Shown piece after piece: positions 48,446 through 63,589 of a stretch of DNA of 64,000 bases. The position numbers were made by a program, and so were the translations under genes. The notes below the pieces were generated by a model, which was given only the letters and a program-made list of their open reading frames with translations, searched no databases and had not been told where the DNA came from. Each line of letters starts with the position of its first letter. Position 1 is the stretch's first letter. Source of the stretch: Octopus sinensis (Eukaryota); contig NC_043020.1 in assembly GCF_006345805.1 (NCBI RefSeq), positions 2,480,001-2,544,000 on the forward strand, written 5' to 3'.

Positions 48446-48977
48446 TTCACCATCATCATTGCTAAGGCCTACAGTGACATAATGCTATAACTACACTACC
48501 CCACCCCACCAAACCCAATCAACCAAAATTATGACTGCAAGAAGAACAAGGCAGGGTAAGCTAAACACCCAACACCACTCCCGCCACCATCTGCAGCCCC
48601 CTATTGTTTCTACTTCTACCCCAGCTCCCACCCCCACCACCGCCATCCTGGAATCGGTAAACACATGAGAAACAGGAATAACTTCACTAAAGAGTCACTG
48701 AACCAAAATATAACTCAACGCGGTTGGGCCTACATGCTAGATATAGCAGCTAAGCTTCAATAAGTCTTAAGATAAAAGGGGGTTTAAAAAAAGGGGTAAC
48801 TAGAGAAGTATCGTTCCAGTTACACAAAGAAATGGGATGGTCACATTTGGATTGCCTTCGTTCATACATAGGCCATGGATCAAAGTTGACCTAGGACCTT
48901 ACAACATAAAATGTGAGTGATTTCACTTTACGCCTAAAAACAATTTTAAAATATAAACAATTCATCATTAATATATC

Positions 48978-49023
<46 letters not shown>

Positions 49024-49070
49024 AAATATATACATATATATACATATCCTGTAGTATACATATATGTGTG

Positions 49071-49101
<31 letters not shown>

Positions 49102-49263
49102 CTAGTAGAAATTGCGAGGATAATCTGGTTCTTGACCGAAGATAGAAAACTTCGAATGACCCATCATTGTTTTCTTTGTATCGTCTATCTGGATGTTTTG
49201 TTGTCCCTTTTTGTATCACCTAGTTGTCCGGATGTTTTGCGTTCTTGTCCCATTTTGTATTAT

Positions 49264-49314
<51 letters not shown>

Positions 49315-49321
49315 GAATTGT

Positions 49322-49518
49322 GAGGGGGAGGCCAAAAGTCATGCACCAAGATTGTAAGATTGTCAAAACCACACATCAGCTTTTCTAAAACTGAATAAAG
49401 AAATGAATACACACACCACTTGTACATGATGAACAAAATGAATAGTAACAACAACAACAATAATAATAATATAGATAAATTGTCGTATGTTTTGGTGCAT
49501 GACTTTTGGCCCACCCTC
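49322..49518. mobile_element. Tc1/mariner-type MITE
   Basis: ~27-bp TIRs GAGGGGGAGGCCAAAAGTCATGCACCAA / TTGGTGCATGACTTTTGGCCCACCCTC, followed by TA. Confidence 0.8.
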
Positions 49519-49993
49519 TACATACGCATATATATATATCAATGGTTGATTTCATGTGAAGTTTCATCAAAAACAATTTTAATTAAACTGAAGGATTACT
49601 CAATTCGTTTTGTAGAGTATGTATTTATAATTCTTTAGCAAAAATATTGTTGATAGTACCTTTGAAATTTTGGCCTGCTCTTAAGCCATCGTCAGTCAAT
49701 CCAAAGTTGGCTTAAATCTTAAATCTTAATGATGGTTTAAACTTCAAAGTTACTATCAATAGTGTTCTTGTTAAGGAATAATAAATGTGTGTGTGTGTGC
49801 TTGAGTCTACAGGAGCCTTTAACCTTTATCATTTCCCTTCTAAAAAGGGTTTTCAAACCCAATACTTAACTTATTATTTATAGCTTTATGTGCTTCAAGC
49901 TGTTCCAAAAAATGATTATTTCACATTATCTCAAAAGTTTAAGAATTACTATGGCATCAACGATGTGTATGTGTGTGTGTGTGCACACACGTG

Positions 49994-50029
<36 letters not shown>

Positions 50030-51227
50030 GAGAGAGAGAAACAAGAAATGAGATATATATATACATACTGATATATGTCTATAGATATATGTAAATATAT
50101 ATATACAATACACACACATATATATATATATATGCACATACACACATAAATACATATATATGTGTGCATGGGTGTGCATATATATGTGCATGTATGTTAT
50201 ATACTTCTGTGTGTGAGTGTGTGTGTGTGTGAATATTTCATACTTTGAAATTTTAACTTTTATTTTCTGACAAATTACATGTTCCTCTACATGTTGTGTA
50301 TCCATGTGCTTATGTATGAATACATGTCAGTGTACCTGTGTATGTGTGTTGCTGTGTAAGTTCTAAGGTGTATATAATCTTGCCAATCTATAACAACAGC
50401 AACCAAAAAAAAACATGTATACACTGGAGAAATTGTTGACTCAGAAAATCAAAAAATGTTTCTGTTTATGTGAAATCATATATATTTTTGTAAATCCTCA
50501 TATGTACACGTGTGTGTGTGTGTGTGTGAGTATGCAAGTATGTGCATGCAAACATATATACAGACACTGCATAGATGTGTGTGTGTGTGTGTGTATATGT
50601 GTGTGCGTGCATGTGTGTGTGCATGCATGTGTGTGTGGCTTTGTGAACATTTCTGTTTGTTGGTATATTTGCGTTGCATCTATATACACACGTTTGTTAT
50701 TTGTCTACCTATGCACAGACACACACATATAAATACATACACATATACACATATGCCTACACATACATACACTCACACACACAGACATATACATACACAA
50801 ATATAAACATATATACACACCTACACATATCTGTTCACACACATATCTATACATACACACACAAATATACATACACATACATCTATACACACGCGTACAC
50901 ATATATACATACACATGCAGACGCATATTCATATATATCCATACAGACATCTCCATACATACAAGTACACAAATATACATGTAAACATAAACACACACAC
51001 ACACTCACACACACATGCATACACATACACACACACACGCATACACATATGCACACACACGTATCTGAGAGAGAAAATATTTTTTAAACAGTGCAACTTA
51101 ATAAGTGTGTCATTCACAGAACTTTCAACTAAAAGCTTAAATTTACGAAAACACAAACAAAATCTATAAAAAAAAAATTGAAACAGAAAAAGGACAATAT
51201 TTATTTATTATGTTCAGTAAAATGTTT

Positions 51228-51359
51228 CATAATAATAATAATAATAATAATAATGATGATGATAATGATAATAATGATAATGATAATAATAATAGTGATA
51301 ATAATAACAATAATAATAATAATAATAATATAATAATAATGATGATGATAATAATAACG

Positions 51360-51391
<32 letters not shown>

Positions 51392-51515
51392 GATGATGAT
51401 AATGATGATGATATGATGATGATAACGATAATAATAATAATAATAATGATGATGATGATGATGATAATAATGATAATAATAATAATAATGATAATAACAA
51501 TAATAATAATAATAA
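51228..51515. repeat. (AAT/GAT)n microsatellite
   Basis: Direct reading. Confidence 0.95.
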
Positions 51516-51871
51516 TCCTGCAACATTAAAGAACAATCACTTTAAAAATATTTTCTCGTTTGTCACAACAGCAACAACAAAGATGATGATGATGATGATA
51601 CTAATGATACTAATGATGATGATGATGATCATCATCATCATCAATAACAACAACATTAACAGCGTTAATACTAAAACACTGGTCCCGTTTTCATCTTTAA
51701 ACTCCACATTTTCCCCCTTCACAGTTTTTTTTTATCATTATCAGCTGAACAACTAAACACGAGAGAACAAAGGGGGTGGGGTGGGGGGAACAACAATAAC
51801 AAATAAATAAAGGCCTAAAAAGAGTACAAAAAAAATAGAAGACACACAACAATTGTTTTAATGGAAATCCA

Positions 51872-51910
<39 letters not shown>

Positions 51911-52424
51911 TGGCACTGTTGCTGCCGCCACCAAGAATTTGGTAAAATTTCAGGAAAGTGTGAGATGACAACAATGGATTTAAGAATCTCACGAATTTTT
52001 GCTGAGAAATCTTTTTAATTTCCCTACATTTGTAATGTTGGTGCATTGCTGGGTACATCGTGTATAAATATATATATCATGTCTACACACACACCACACA
52101 CACATATATATATATATAGGTAGGTAGGTAGGTAGATGGATGGATGGATGGATAGATAGATATGTATAATATATACATATATATATAGTATATACATAAT
52201 ACATAATATATATATGTACATATTTGTGTGTGTGTGAGCATGTGTGTATACATATATATGTATGTCTGCATGTGTGTGCCTGTGTATGTGTGTGTATATA
52301 TATACACACACATACGTATATGTATGTATATGTGCACAGACACAACCGCACATATGTACAGACCCACATATACGGTTGTGTCTGTGCACATATACATATA
52401 TAACAATATTTACATATATATATG

Positions 52425-52456
<32 letters not shown>

Positions 52457-52962
52457 ATTATATCATCTTCATTGTATATTTATACATAAACAGTATTCGT
52501 TGATGTGTGCATGTGTACATCCATGTGTATGCGTGTGTGTATGTGTGTGTGTACATCAGTGTGTGTGTATTAGTGAGCTAGGTAGTGAATTAGAGTATAT
52601 TTGTGAGTCTGTGTTTCATGAACTAAAAAGCTGTCAAAATGAAAGACGATAATCTCCGTCAAATAAGTCAATCTCAGAAGCAACAGACTGTCATATTGAA
52701 TAACAAGGAAAACATTCTTGGAACCAATAGAAAGGAACCTCTCTCCAAGACACAGCTTATTAGAACCAATGGACTGTTGCAGTAAACAGCAAGGAATCGT
52801 CCTAAAAGTTATAACAAAGAATTTTACAATCTACAGACGATCGTGCAAAACAGCAAGAAACTGAACTGGTGCCACATTAAAAGCCCTGGGGAGGTCTGTT
52901 TTGGCAGAGTTCTTTTATGGCGGGAAGCCCTTCCTAATGCCAACCACACATACACACACACA

Positions 52963-53109
52963 CATGGCTGTGTGGTAAGAAGCTTAATCCTCAACTGCAT
53001 GGTTCTGGGTTCAGTCCCACCAAATGTGTGGCACCTTGAAGCAATAGCCTCAGGCTGACCAAAGCCTTCTGAGGTGGATTGGTAGATGGAAACTGAAAGA
53101 AGCCCATTG

Positions 53110-53195
<86 letters not shown>

Positions 53196-53330
53196 GATAT
53201 ACATATGTATATATTTGTGTGTTTGTGTTTTTGTGTCTGTGTTGCCCCACCATCACTTGACAACCAATGTTGTGTGTTTGCATCCCCGTAACTTAGCGGT
53301 CGACATAAGAGACTAGTAGAATAAGTAATA
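52963..53330 (+). mobile_element. SINE family B
   Basis: Head, long internal (TA)n and a partial tail. Confidence 0.85.
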
Positions 53331-53395
53331 GAATAAGTAATGGAACTCATGACCCTACAGTCGTGAGCCTAATGTCCTAACCACTTAGCCACGCA

Positions 53396-53438
<43 letters not shown>

Positions 53439-54155
53439 TTCCGTAAAGGTAAGATCAACAAAAAAGAAGAACTCCATCTGATGTGAGATATGTATCCTCA
53501 TATAAATATGTGTTTGTATACAAACACTCACCACATTATACCCATATATACACCACTAGGTATATTGTTTGTGACAGTATTCTTCTGAGACTGTTTAATT
53601 GAGAAAGTTTGAGAGTACACCTATATATTTTATATACACACACAAAAACACACATGTATATATATATACAACTAGATATATTGTTCATGACAGTATATTT
53701 ACATAATAAACAGCATTACCATTTCCCAGTGTGTTAAATTTATAAAATCTTAATAAACACACATAGATACACACACACATATATACATATGCATATATAT
53801 ACACATATATACATACACATGTGTGTGGCATCATATATATACACATGTGTAACATTAACAAAAATACAATAAATTGTTCCTGACAATTTATTATATACCA
53901 TTAATATCCAGCCTGCTGTGTTTAATTGTTGATACTTTTAAATAAAGCAGGAGGGAGAGAGACAGACAGACAGACAGGGAGGGAGTGTGTGTGTGTGTGT
54001 GTGTGTGAACATGTGCGGGTGTGTGTATGTGTGTGAATTTTACGATATAATGAGTCTTTCCTCTAATGACCAAAACCACGTCCCTCACCCTCCACTGATT
54101 AACCTTTATTGTTTATTTTTTTATGTTCTTAGGGCCAGGAGCACAACACAGCAAC

Positions 54156-54198
<43 letters not shown>

Positions 54199-55504
54199 TT
54201 TTAAAACACATAACCAGTTGATCAATAATTTGACACCTTAACCCTCCACCGACTATATGTCTCTCCCTCTCTCCTTCTCTCTCCACACTCACACATTGTT
54301 CTAGCTTTCACATTCTAATAAATAAACACACAAAAATATTATATAATACTCATGTATGTATGTATCTCTGTGAGTGTGTCTTTGTCTGTGTTTGTTCCCC
54401 ACCATTGATTGACAACCAATGTTGGTATGTTTACGTCCCCGTAACTTAGCAGTTCGGCACAAGGGACCGATAGAATAAGTACTAGGCTTGAAATAAAATA
54501 AGCCCTGGAGCTGATTTCTTCAGCTAAAACCCTTCGAGCTGGTGCCCCAGCAAGGCCACAGCCAGATGACTACAACTCAATAAAAGATAAAAGATAACAC
54601 ACACAGACGCTTCCACACAGTTTCCATCTCTCAAGTTCACTTCCAAGGTGTTGGTCAAGCCAACACTATAGTAAAAAAAAACCTTGCCTCAGGTTCCACA
54701 CGGTGGGACTGAACCCAAAACCATGCGGTTACAAAGTGAGCATCTTCACCACACAGCTATGCCTGCTTCTAATGTATAAACATAAATGAAATTACCATTC
54801 CGCTTTCTAACAGATACGTGAAGAATCTTTTCTGCAGAGCACAAAGATGTGTATAAAAATAAAGAAGTTTATTTTTACATTCTAACATTTACGGACTATT
54901 TATAAACAGAAATATAATTTACTCAATTACTTGTTTATAACGAATCTTTGCAAAGATTTGCTATATTGAATATTATATTTAATTATATCATAAGATTAAT
55001 AAAGCATTTATTAGCAAATTCTCTAATTCATTTAAAATGTATTGATGTGGTAACATTCAATTTCATTTCTTTGAACTGTGTAATAATATTTTTACTAGGA
55101 TGTGTATGTGTGTGTACATGCATATATGTGTGCGTGTAGATGTAGCCTAAGATGGTGGGGGGTGGGGAAAAGAAGAGGATTCTGTTGCCACTAGGAAAAT
55201 GTCTGGGCTCAAGGTAGAGCAGGGAAATGAAGGGAGGTCGAAATCCCATACAGTGTAGTCAGTGTGACCTATGGGTGCGCGAGTGGTGGAGTGAAATTAG
55301 AAACAGGCTGACAGTGAATAAAGACTGTTTGTGGCAGACGCACAAGAGTACTTCGCAACCACCACCTCAATGAAATCCATCTGACCCATGCAAGCATAGA
55401 GAAGTGGACATTAAGACGATGATGATGATTATATATATATATAATGGCAGTGCCCCAGCATGGCCACAGCCTCAAGGCTGAAACATATAAAAGAACAAAA
55501 GAAT

Positions 55505-55880
55505 AGGCACAGGTGTGACTGTGGTAAGAAGCTTGCTTCCCAACCATATAGCAGAAGACACTTGCCCAAGGTCCTACTGTGTGGCACCTCGGGCAAGTGT
55601 CTTCTACTATAGCCTCAGGCCAACCAAAGCCTTGTGAGTGGATTTTGTACTATGTATATGTATATATTTGTATGTGTCTTTGTGTCAATGATTGTCCCCC
55701 TGACACATACACACCATCACTCGACAACCAATGTTGATGTGCTTACATCCCTGTAACTTAGCAGTTCGGCAAGAGAGACCAATAAGTCCTGGGGTCGATT
55801 TGTTCAACTAAAACCCTTTAAGGCAGTGCTCCAGCATGGCCACAGTCAAGTGACTGAAACAAGTAAAAGAATAAAAAAAT
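55505..55880 (+). mobile_element. SINE family B
   Basis: Head to tail gcagtgctccagcatggccacagtcaagtgactgaaacaagtaaaag. Confidence 0.85.
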
Positions 55881-56403
55881 ATATATACACTACAGGTGTA
55901 TATATATGTGTGTGTGTGTGTGTGTATGTTCAAATGCTTACATCCTATGCTAAAAACCCTGCCTAAATTGCATTCCATCTATATCATGCAAGCATGGGAA
56001 AACAAATGTTGAATGAAACAAACTAATGAATGATGGAGAAAGAGATTTATAAAGAAGATAAGTTATCCTTAAATGGATAATCTTGTCCAAACACTTGCAT
56101 CATATGTGATTCTGAGAAACACCCCAAGGTAGGTGATAATGTTAAACTGTGCAATGAACATAGCACTGGGAATTGAACTATTAATTCCAAGTTCACAGTT
56201 TATTTAAGCTGGCTAAATTCTTCTTCATAATACACTAACACTGACTCCAAGAGAGGTGGAGAGGCGGGTACTAATTATTTCTTACACAAGCAAGACAGAA
56301 AAATTTCTTTCATGAATAAGGAAAATGAATGACTGCCAGAAGTCTCTCAAATTTTAATAACTTGATAGCATAGGAAAATATAGATACATACATACATATA
56401 TAT

Positions 56404-56640
56404 ATCATCATCATCATCATCGTTTAGGGTCCGTTTTCCATGCTGGCATGGGTTGGATGGTTCAACTGGGGTCTGGGAAGCCAGAAAGCTGCATCAGGCC
56501 CAGTTTGATCTGGCAATGTTTCTACGGCTGGATGCCCTTCCTAACGCCAACCACTCCATGAGTGTAGTGGGTGCTTTTTACATGCCGCCGGCACAGGTAC
56601 CAGACGAGTCTGGCAAACGGCCACAATCGGATGATGCTTT
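56404..56640 (-). mobile_element. RTE-family 3'UTR fragment
   Basis: Same family. Confidence 0.8.
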
Positions 56641-58057
56641 ATAGAGGGAAAGTTTACGAAAAAAAACAAAAGACGAAGACAGGTGGTGTACAAAGCAAAG
56701 AGATGTATTCGTATAACGCTCATAGATATATATATATATATATCACATTTATATGCATCGAATATACACAATTATGCATACATGTGCAGGCATAAATGTA
56801 CATATGTTTACAGAGAGACAATCAAAGAGACATACAGACAGACCAACAGAAAGACAGACATACAAAGAAAAACAAACTGAGACAGACAGACAGACTTAGA
56901 TAGACAGACAGACACACACACACACACACGTATACTTTTAGTGTGGTTATTGCTTTTACAATGAAAGATAGAGAGAAGGAGAGAAATAAAGGAACATAAT
57001 CAAGTATTTTGAATTCCACACACTCAATTCTATCACCAACACACTTTCGGTGAACGGGTTGGAGAGGCCTCCCACCCCAGCCACCCTGAGCTTGGTACAC
57101 AAATATATAAATAAACAAAGGGAGATAATAACAAGAGAAACAAAATGGACCAATGCCATGTAACATTTTTCAACAGCCATAAGTTGTGTGAAAGGGAATT
57201 ATTTTGGAGGAGATTGTCTTGAAAGTAATTTAAGTCTGGAGATGTCTTGGAGGGAGACGGTGGGGGTGAGGGGGAGAAAGAATGGTAAGGAGGTGGTGGC
57301 AGGAATGCGGTAGGGAATGCCGTGTTTTGTTTGGAGTTTTGTCTTTGAGCTTTTTCTTTTTAAAATTTTGTATTCTTTTTTTTGTTTTTAGTTCTTTTTT
57401 TGTTTTGTTTTGTTTTTGTTTTGTTCTTTTATGTTTTGCTGGTTTCCATCTTTTCGCGTCTTCTTTTCTTCGCACAAAATGCTTTCTTTCCATCACGACC
57501 ACGAGAGATGAAGTAAAATAGAATTCAACCCACCACACACACACACACACACTTTGCTCACCTCCAAAATTTGTTTGCAATAAACAGTATGTATTTCTTT
57601 CATTTCCAAACACAACACACAATTATCATCATCATCATCATCATTATTTTTATCATTATTATTATTATTATTATTACTACTACTACTACTTTTATTATTG
57701 TTGTTGTTTAACCCTTTTGAACTGTCTCCCGTTTGGTGATACAGAAATGGCTTTCCAAAATTTGTTTCATATTTAAATCAAATCGTTCCACCACATTCAT
57801 CATAATTATACCAAAGAGTCATTCTGTTTAAAGTTCCAATTCAAACAACCAACCACAATAATATAAGCGGAGAAATGAAACCATTAACTTATTTAGCGAT
57901 GAAACCACCAACCAGATGAATGAGGACCTGAGGTTAGCATCCAGTTAAATTTATTATTGGGTCCACAGTTTAGAGAAATTTAAGACTGCTACTAACACAT
58001 AGAAAAATCTAGTGCTGGGATCAACATCTATATAAATTTAAGGTTACAACCAGCTTC

Positions 58058-58255
58058 TACATCATCATCATCGTTTGACGTCCGCTTTCCATGCTAGCAT
58101 GGGTTGGACGGTTTGACTGAGGACTGGTGAGCCAGATGGCTGCACTAGACTCCAATCTGATCTGGCAGAGTTTCTACAGCTGGATGCCCTTCCTAAAGCC
58201 AACCACTCTGAGAGTGTAGTGGGTGCTTTTACATGCCACTGGCACGAGGGCCAGT
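58058..58255 (-). mobile_element. RTE-family 3'UTR fragment
   Basis: Same family. Confidence 0.8.
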
Positions 58256-58625
58256 AGGTGGTTAGGTTACCATCTAGAGGAATTTAGAGCCAAGACCAGA
58301 GGTCACCAAGCTTTTTCACAGTGGGCCACAGCTCCCATGACTTTAGGAAACATTTTTTCACGCTGAGAGTTGCTGAAGCATGGAACAAACTGCCAGCATC
58401 AGTTGTCGGAGCACTGCATCCTTCAAAACTTCCATGCTTTCTGAGATTCGCCGGCACTGCACCTGATTTTCTCCCCTCCATGCGCGCACGTGCATGTGCC
58501 TGACTCGTGCATTGTTCGTTTTCCGGACGTTTTTACACTGCTGCATGTGCTTTATATGCACTTTCTGACAAGTTGTGGTGCACCTGAGCACTGTATACAA
58601 TAATTTCATTATTATTATTATTATA
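58256..58625 (+). mobile_element. CR1-clade LINE 3' end
   Basis: RGH..KL...SHDFRKHFFTLRVAEAWNKLPASVV (the CR1 FFxxRVxxxWNxLP motif), then a 3'UTR and a (TTA)n tail. Confidence 0.8.
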
Positions 58626-60273
58626 ACTGAGAGGATGACAAGTGCAGGCTGCATGACCATTTTGTCCAATACAATACAGTGAATACACAAAAAATAAAGA
58701 CAACCAACTTATTTATTTACCAAAAAGTTATCAAAGAAGGTAACATTAGCAATAAGATAGTTATATCACACTCAGTGCGTACATATCCAAATCTCACAAA
58801 CTAAGCAGCAAAAACGGTTAGTGAGATTTATGAAACTGGTGCTTAACTTTTTTTTCATCATCCTTCTAATCTTAAGACGGTTTTGCAGATTTTTATAGTT
58901 CCACATATCATGATCGTTTGTAGACCATGAATTAAGGATTTGCGTTCTCTCCCCCAAGATCCCAAGTTCAGCCATACTTTGGTCTGGACAGGGGGTGGGG
59001 TGTATCCGGTTACTCCAATAATAATAGTACAAAGCAGGAAGTGTATCTTGGGTACTGGAGTGGCAAAGTCTGTCTGCATGTGTGTGTGTGTGTGTATGAC
59101 AGGTTTCTTTCAGTTTCTATCTACCAAATCGATTCACAAGATTTTGGTCAGCCTGGAGCTATAGTAGAAGACACTTGCTCAAGGTGCCACACGGTGGGAC
59201 AGAACCCGAGAACATACAATTAAGAAGTAAGCTTCCGAACCATAGAACCACACCAATGCCTATAAATAATAAATACTAAATACCACAAAATGCTTTGTGC
59301 AATGTTCTACCATTCCTTCCAATCCATTCCTCTTTAAAGAGAACAGATTCTACCTCAAGCATTGAAACCTATATCTGTCATTTGCCTTACACCTGTTTTA
59401 CTAATTAAATCAAGTGGATTCTTAGGTATAGATATAATTTAATCTGTGATAATTAATTCCTGCAGAGTTCGATCCATTTGGTAAACATTGGTATGGAAAC
59501 ATTCCGATTCCAAGAGTGGAATTGAATATTTTTGGAAAGTTAATCCATTAACTTTTGTGTGACATAGAAACGAAGTTTTGATTTTATTAACTTCAGGAAA
59601 TTCCTCGGATGATTCAGGGTTTTTGGAGAGAAACATCTCTTTCAGATGAGATTACATACATACATACATACATGCATACATACATACATACATACATACA
59701 TGCTTACATACGCACATACATACATACATACATACATACATACATACATACATGCTTACATATGTACATACATACATACATACATACGTGTGTTTGTGTA
59801 CATGTTATTGTGTTTATGTATGTATGAGTGCATATGTATATGTATGTGTGTGTGTGTGTGTGTGTGTGTACACACATATATATACACACACATATGTATG
59901 TACACATTTGCACACATTCATTTATATATGTACATATATACAGATAAAGAGAGATACACATGCACATATGTACATATATAAAAACACACATATGCACACA
60001 CACACATATATGCATATAAATATATATACACACACATGTATAAACATACACATGCATATATACACACATAACATAAATAGGCACATATGAACAAACACAC
60101 ACACCACACACATATACACACACACACACTCACATACGTATACACACACACACACACACTCACTCACTTGCACATGCACACGCATTTCAAACACACACAC
60201 CACACACATATACACACACTCACTCACATATGTATACATACACACATACACACACTCACTTGCACATGCATTT

Positions 60274-60304
<31 letters not shown>

Positions 60305-60914
60305 TTTAATTTGCAAATGGTGTTCTGTGCAAGAACGCCGTCCTCCACAGAACAAACAGATTATTGGTAATCGTCAGAAGAATTATCACCAATGCATACA
60401 CGTTTATTTTGGCAGAGTTATTGTTCTAAAGAGAGGAAAAGGGCTAGAATGCAAAAATCTTTCTGCAAAAAAGGAATCGGTGAAGCAACACTCGGCTTGA
60501 AACATATTGGGTCACAAAAGACCAAACGGGACCAAAAAAGCAGAATATCAGTCAGCGGAATATTTTTTCGAAACAAACCCGAAATAAAATACTCCAAAAG
60601 AATAATCCTTTTAGATGTTAAAGGGAATGGTCGGGAGAGGAGGGCTGGGTACAGCACTCAATCTCGGCTTTTAATAGTGTGTTGGGGAGATGAAAGATTA
60701 TCTCTCACCATTTAAATCCGGCTATTGATGAGGGGGAGGGGGGACAAAGGGGTGGGGATGGGGTGGTGCTTGACCAATGAGGGAGTACTTTATTGGGAGA
60801 ATTTGATCTGCTAGAAACGTCAGGCAAATATCTTCATTGAATCGCAACCACATTGTCCAAGAATAAAAAGATTTTTTTTTCTTTTAAATGTTTGATCATA
60901 CATCCATTTTAGAA

Positions 60915-60981
60915 GAACTACTACTACTACTACTACTACTGCCACCACCACTACCACAACTCCAGTAGTAGTAGTAGTAGC

Positions 60982-61027
<46 letters not shown>

Positions 61028-61149
61028 AGTAGTAGCAGCAGCAGCACCAGCACCAGCAATAGTGCTTGTGGTAGTAAAAAGAGTAATAGTAGCAGTGATA
61101 GTAGTAGTGGTGGCTGTAGAAGTAATACCACCACCACCACTACTATTAA

Positions 61150-61185
<36 letters not shown>
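60915..61185. repeat. Opposed (ACT)n/(AGT)n trinucleotide tracts
   Basis: ctactact...agtagtagt...ctactact. Direct reading. Confidence 0.9.
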
Positions 61186-61584
61186 AAGCCAAGAAGGAAG
61201 CCTCTATGCAATCACTCAGCCTGCTAGATATACCAACCAAGTCTCCCTCAAATCACAGCTTTCCATATCAAAATAGAGACGATGTTTTAGAAAATGCTGT
61301 CAGATCAGATACAACAGATGGAATGGTCATGGCAGGCTTTAGATAATACGTGTGGCCAGGGTGGGAGGAAATTCCATCCCTACAAGATGCATTTCAGTCA
61401 CCTTCGTACCCAAACTTTGTAATTCCTAGCATATTGTATAAGCTCTGATTGCTTGCTTAGCTTCAGACTCTTGCTTGATGGGGTCGGGGGGGTCATCCCA
61501 GGTTTAGTGGCCCCAGAAGCATCATCATGTGTAGAGCCAGCCAGGTCCACCAGTGCTCTCTATTGCTGGTAGTCCCATGTCAAC

Positions 61585-61868
61585 ACGGATCCAGATTCAG
61601 TCCCACTGCATAGCACCTTGGGCAAGTATCTCTACTATAGCCTTATGAGTGTGTATATATATACACACACACCTGTGTGTTTCTATCTGTGTTTGTCCCC
61701 CACCACTGCTTGACAACTGGTGTTGGTGTGTTTATGTCCCCATAACTTAGCAGTTTGGTAAAAGAGACCAATAAAATAAGTACTAGCCTTCAAAAACATA
61801 AGGCCTAGGCAGTGCCCTTCAAGGCAGTGCCCCAGCATGGCCGTAGTCAAACGATTGAAACAAATAAA

Positions 61869-61905
<37 letters not shown>

Positions 61906-62090
61906 GTGTGTGTGTGTGTGTGTGCACTCTCACACAACAGGCTCACGCAGTTTCTTTCTACCAAATTTACTCACAAAGCATTAATCACCCCAGGGTTTTA
62001 ATAGAAGACACTTTCACAAGCTGCTGCATCATGGGATTGAACCTGAAACCTCGTTGCTAGAAAGCAAATTTATTAACAATACAGCCAATC
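61585..62090. mobile_element. Two SINE family B fragments in opposite orientation (61585-61870 +; ~61940-62090 -)
   Basis: Family motifs on both strands around a TA/TG tract. Confidence 0.75.
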
Positions 62091-63054
62091 CTACACTTAA
62101 TACTCAATGTCTTTTCCAATCCAATTTTTTCTTCGTTACAGACTCCACCATTACAAAGCAGACCACCTTTTTCTTTTTCTTTTCTTTTTTTCTTTTTTAA
62201 TTTTTTTTTATAGCTTGAAATTTATATCTAAATCTAAAATATCGGAGCATCAGCAGAAACTCAGTTAATCTGAAAATAATATTTTTTTTAAAACAACAAC
62301 TGATAAATTACAGTATGTTTGTGAATATTAAAACATACACACGTATCGCTACAGAACGCTGAAAAAGCACACAACACATCGAAGTCTCCTGTAAATATTA
62401 CATAAAGTTTTTTTCACTGCCGAAATTATGATATCGTATAATCTGGTTCATCAGGCTTGTTTCTGCAGAATCTTAATTTTTGGTCCAAGTATTAAATTAC
62501 GTCTTTTATTATTTATTTATTTATTTATTTTTTACTGCTAAAATGGTATTACCTTATCTAGCATCATCAGGCAGCTTCTGGGCAATCATAGTTTTCAACT
62601 GAAGAATTAAATCTTGAATCTTCCAACTTAAAAATTTAGTCTGCAATCTTAGTTTTTGGTTGAAGAACTAAATTGTGTCTTTTTTTTTTTTGGTTTTTTT
62701 TTTTGTATTTTTGGGGGGTTTTTTTTCAATGCTGAAATCCTAATAGCTTATCAAAATACATCAAACAGTTTCTATGCAATTTCACTTTCCATCTCAAGTA
62801 TTAAATCCTGACTTTTTTTTTTATTTTTTCTTTTTTTTTTTTGGTGAACCTATAAATTTCCATTTTTCTTCACTTTCTTTCATGCATAAATTCGGATAGC
62901 ATCACGTGAGATACGTTCCCCCCCCCCCGCCGTTTCAACAAGTACCCAGTAACCACTCAGAAAATTCTTCCCCCAGTTCTGGTGAATTGCTACATTTAGT
63001 TGTGTTCGTTCATGCTTTTTCACACACACACGCAAACATATATTCATTTATTCA

Positions 63055-63428
63055 TTTTCTTGTTTTAGTCATTAGACTGTGGCCATGCTGGGACACCGTC
63101 TTGAATTTTTAGTCAACCGATTCAACCCCCAGTACTTATATATATTTTTTAAAGCCTGGTACTTATTCTGTCGGCCTCTTTTGCTGAATTGCTCAGTTAC
63201 GGGGACATAAACACTCTAGCACCACTTCTCAAGTGGTGGTGGGAGGAGAAATGTGTGTGTATATATATATCATCATCATCATGGGCTTCTTTCAGTTTCC
63301 GTCCACCGAATTCACTCACAAGACTTTGGTCAGCCTGAGGCTACAGTAGAAGGCACTTGCCCAAGGTGCCATGCAGTGGGACTGGACCCAGAACCATGTA
63401 GCTGCAAACCAAGCTTCTTACCACGCAA
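63055..63428 (-). mobile_element. SINE family B
   Basis: Reverse complement of the family head and tail. Confidence 0.85.
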
Positions 63429-63589
63429 TATATATATATATATATATATAGGCATAAGATAATATATTCTCTGTGTGCCGGGTGTAAAAAACACAACTCA
63501 CATCAAATCCTTTCTCAGAGTGACAGACATCAATGCTTTGCCATTGCTGTAACTTATCAATGCTGCAGAGCGAACAAGGTGTGTTCAAT

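Noticed and set aside
49660-49715. Minus-strand CTGACGATGGC...GCCAAAATTTC hammerhead-like
   Set aside because: The 3' core is deleted or mutated.
53338-53397. tRNA-like sequence on the minus strand
   Set aside because: It is a truncated SINE head with A/B boxes but no complete cloverleaf or acceptor stem. The same applies to the other SINE heads, so no functional tRNA gene was called.
54812-54865. ctaacag|...YVKNLFCRAQRCV* followed by AATAAA
   Set aside because: Too short to distinguish from chance in AT-rich DNA.
55200-55290. IQCSQCDLW PHD-like LINE remnant
   Set aside because: Only one short motif, insufficient for a feature call.
58772-59032. 86-aa Cys-containing ORF
   Set aside because: No recognisable domain, and the start lies in a (TAT)n tract.
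60392-60715. 107-aa basic ORF in unique sequence
   Set aside because: No homology recognised and no convincing splice sites. It is kept only as a unique, possibly regulatory island.
60720-60825. TTGATGA...GAAACGTCAGG
   Set aside because: The 5' core is not CUGANGA and there is no stem I or II pairing.
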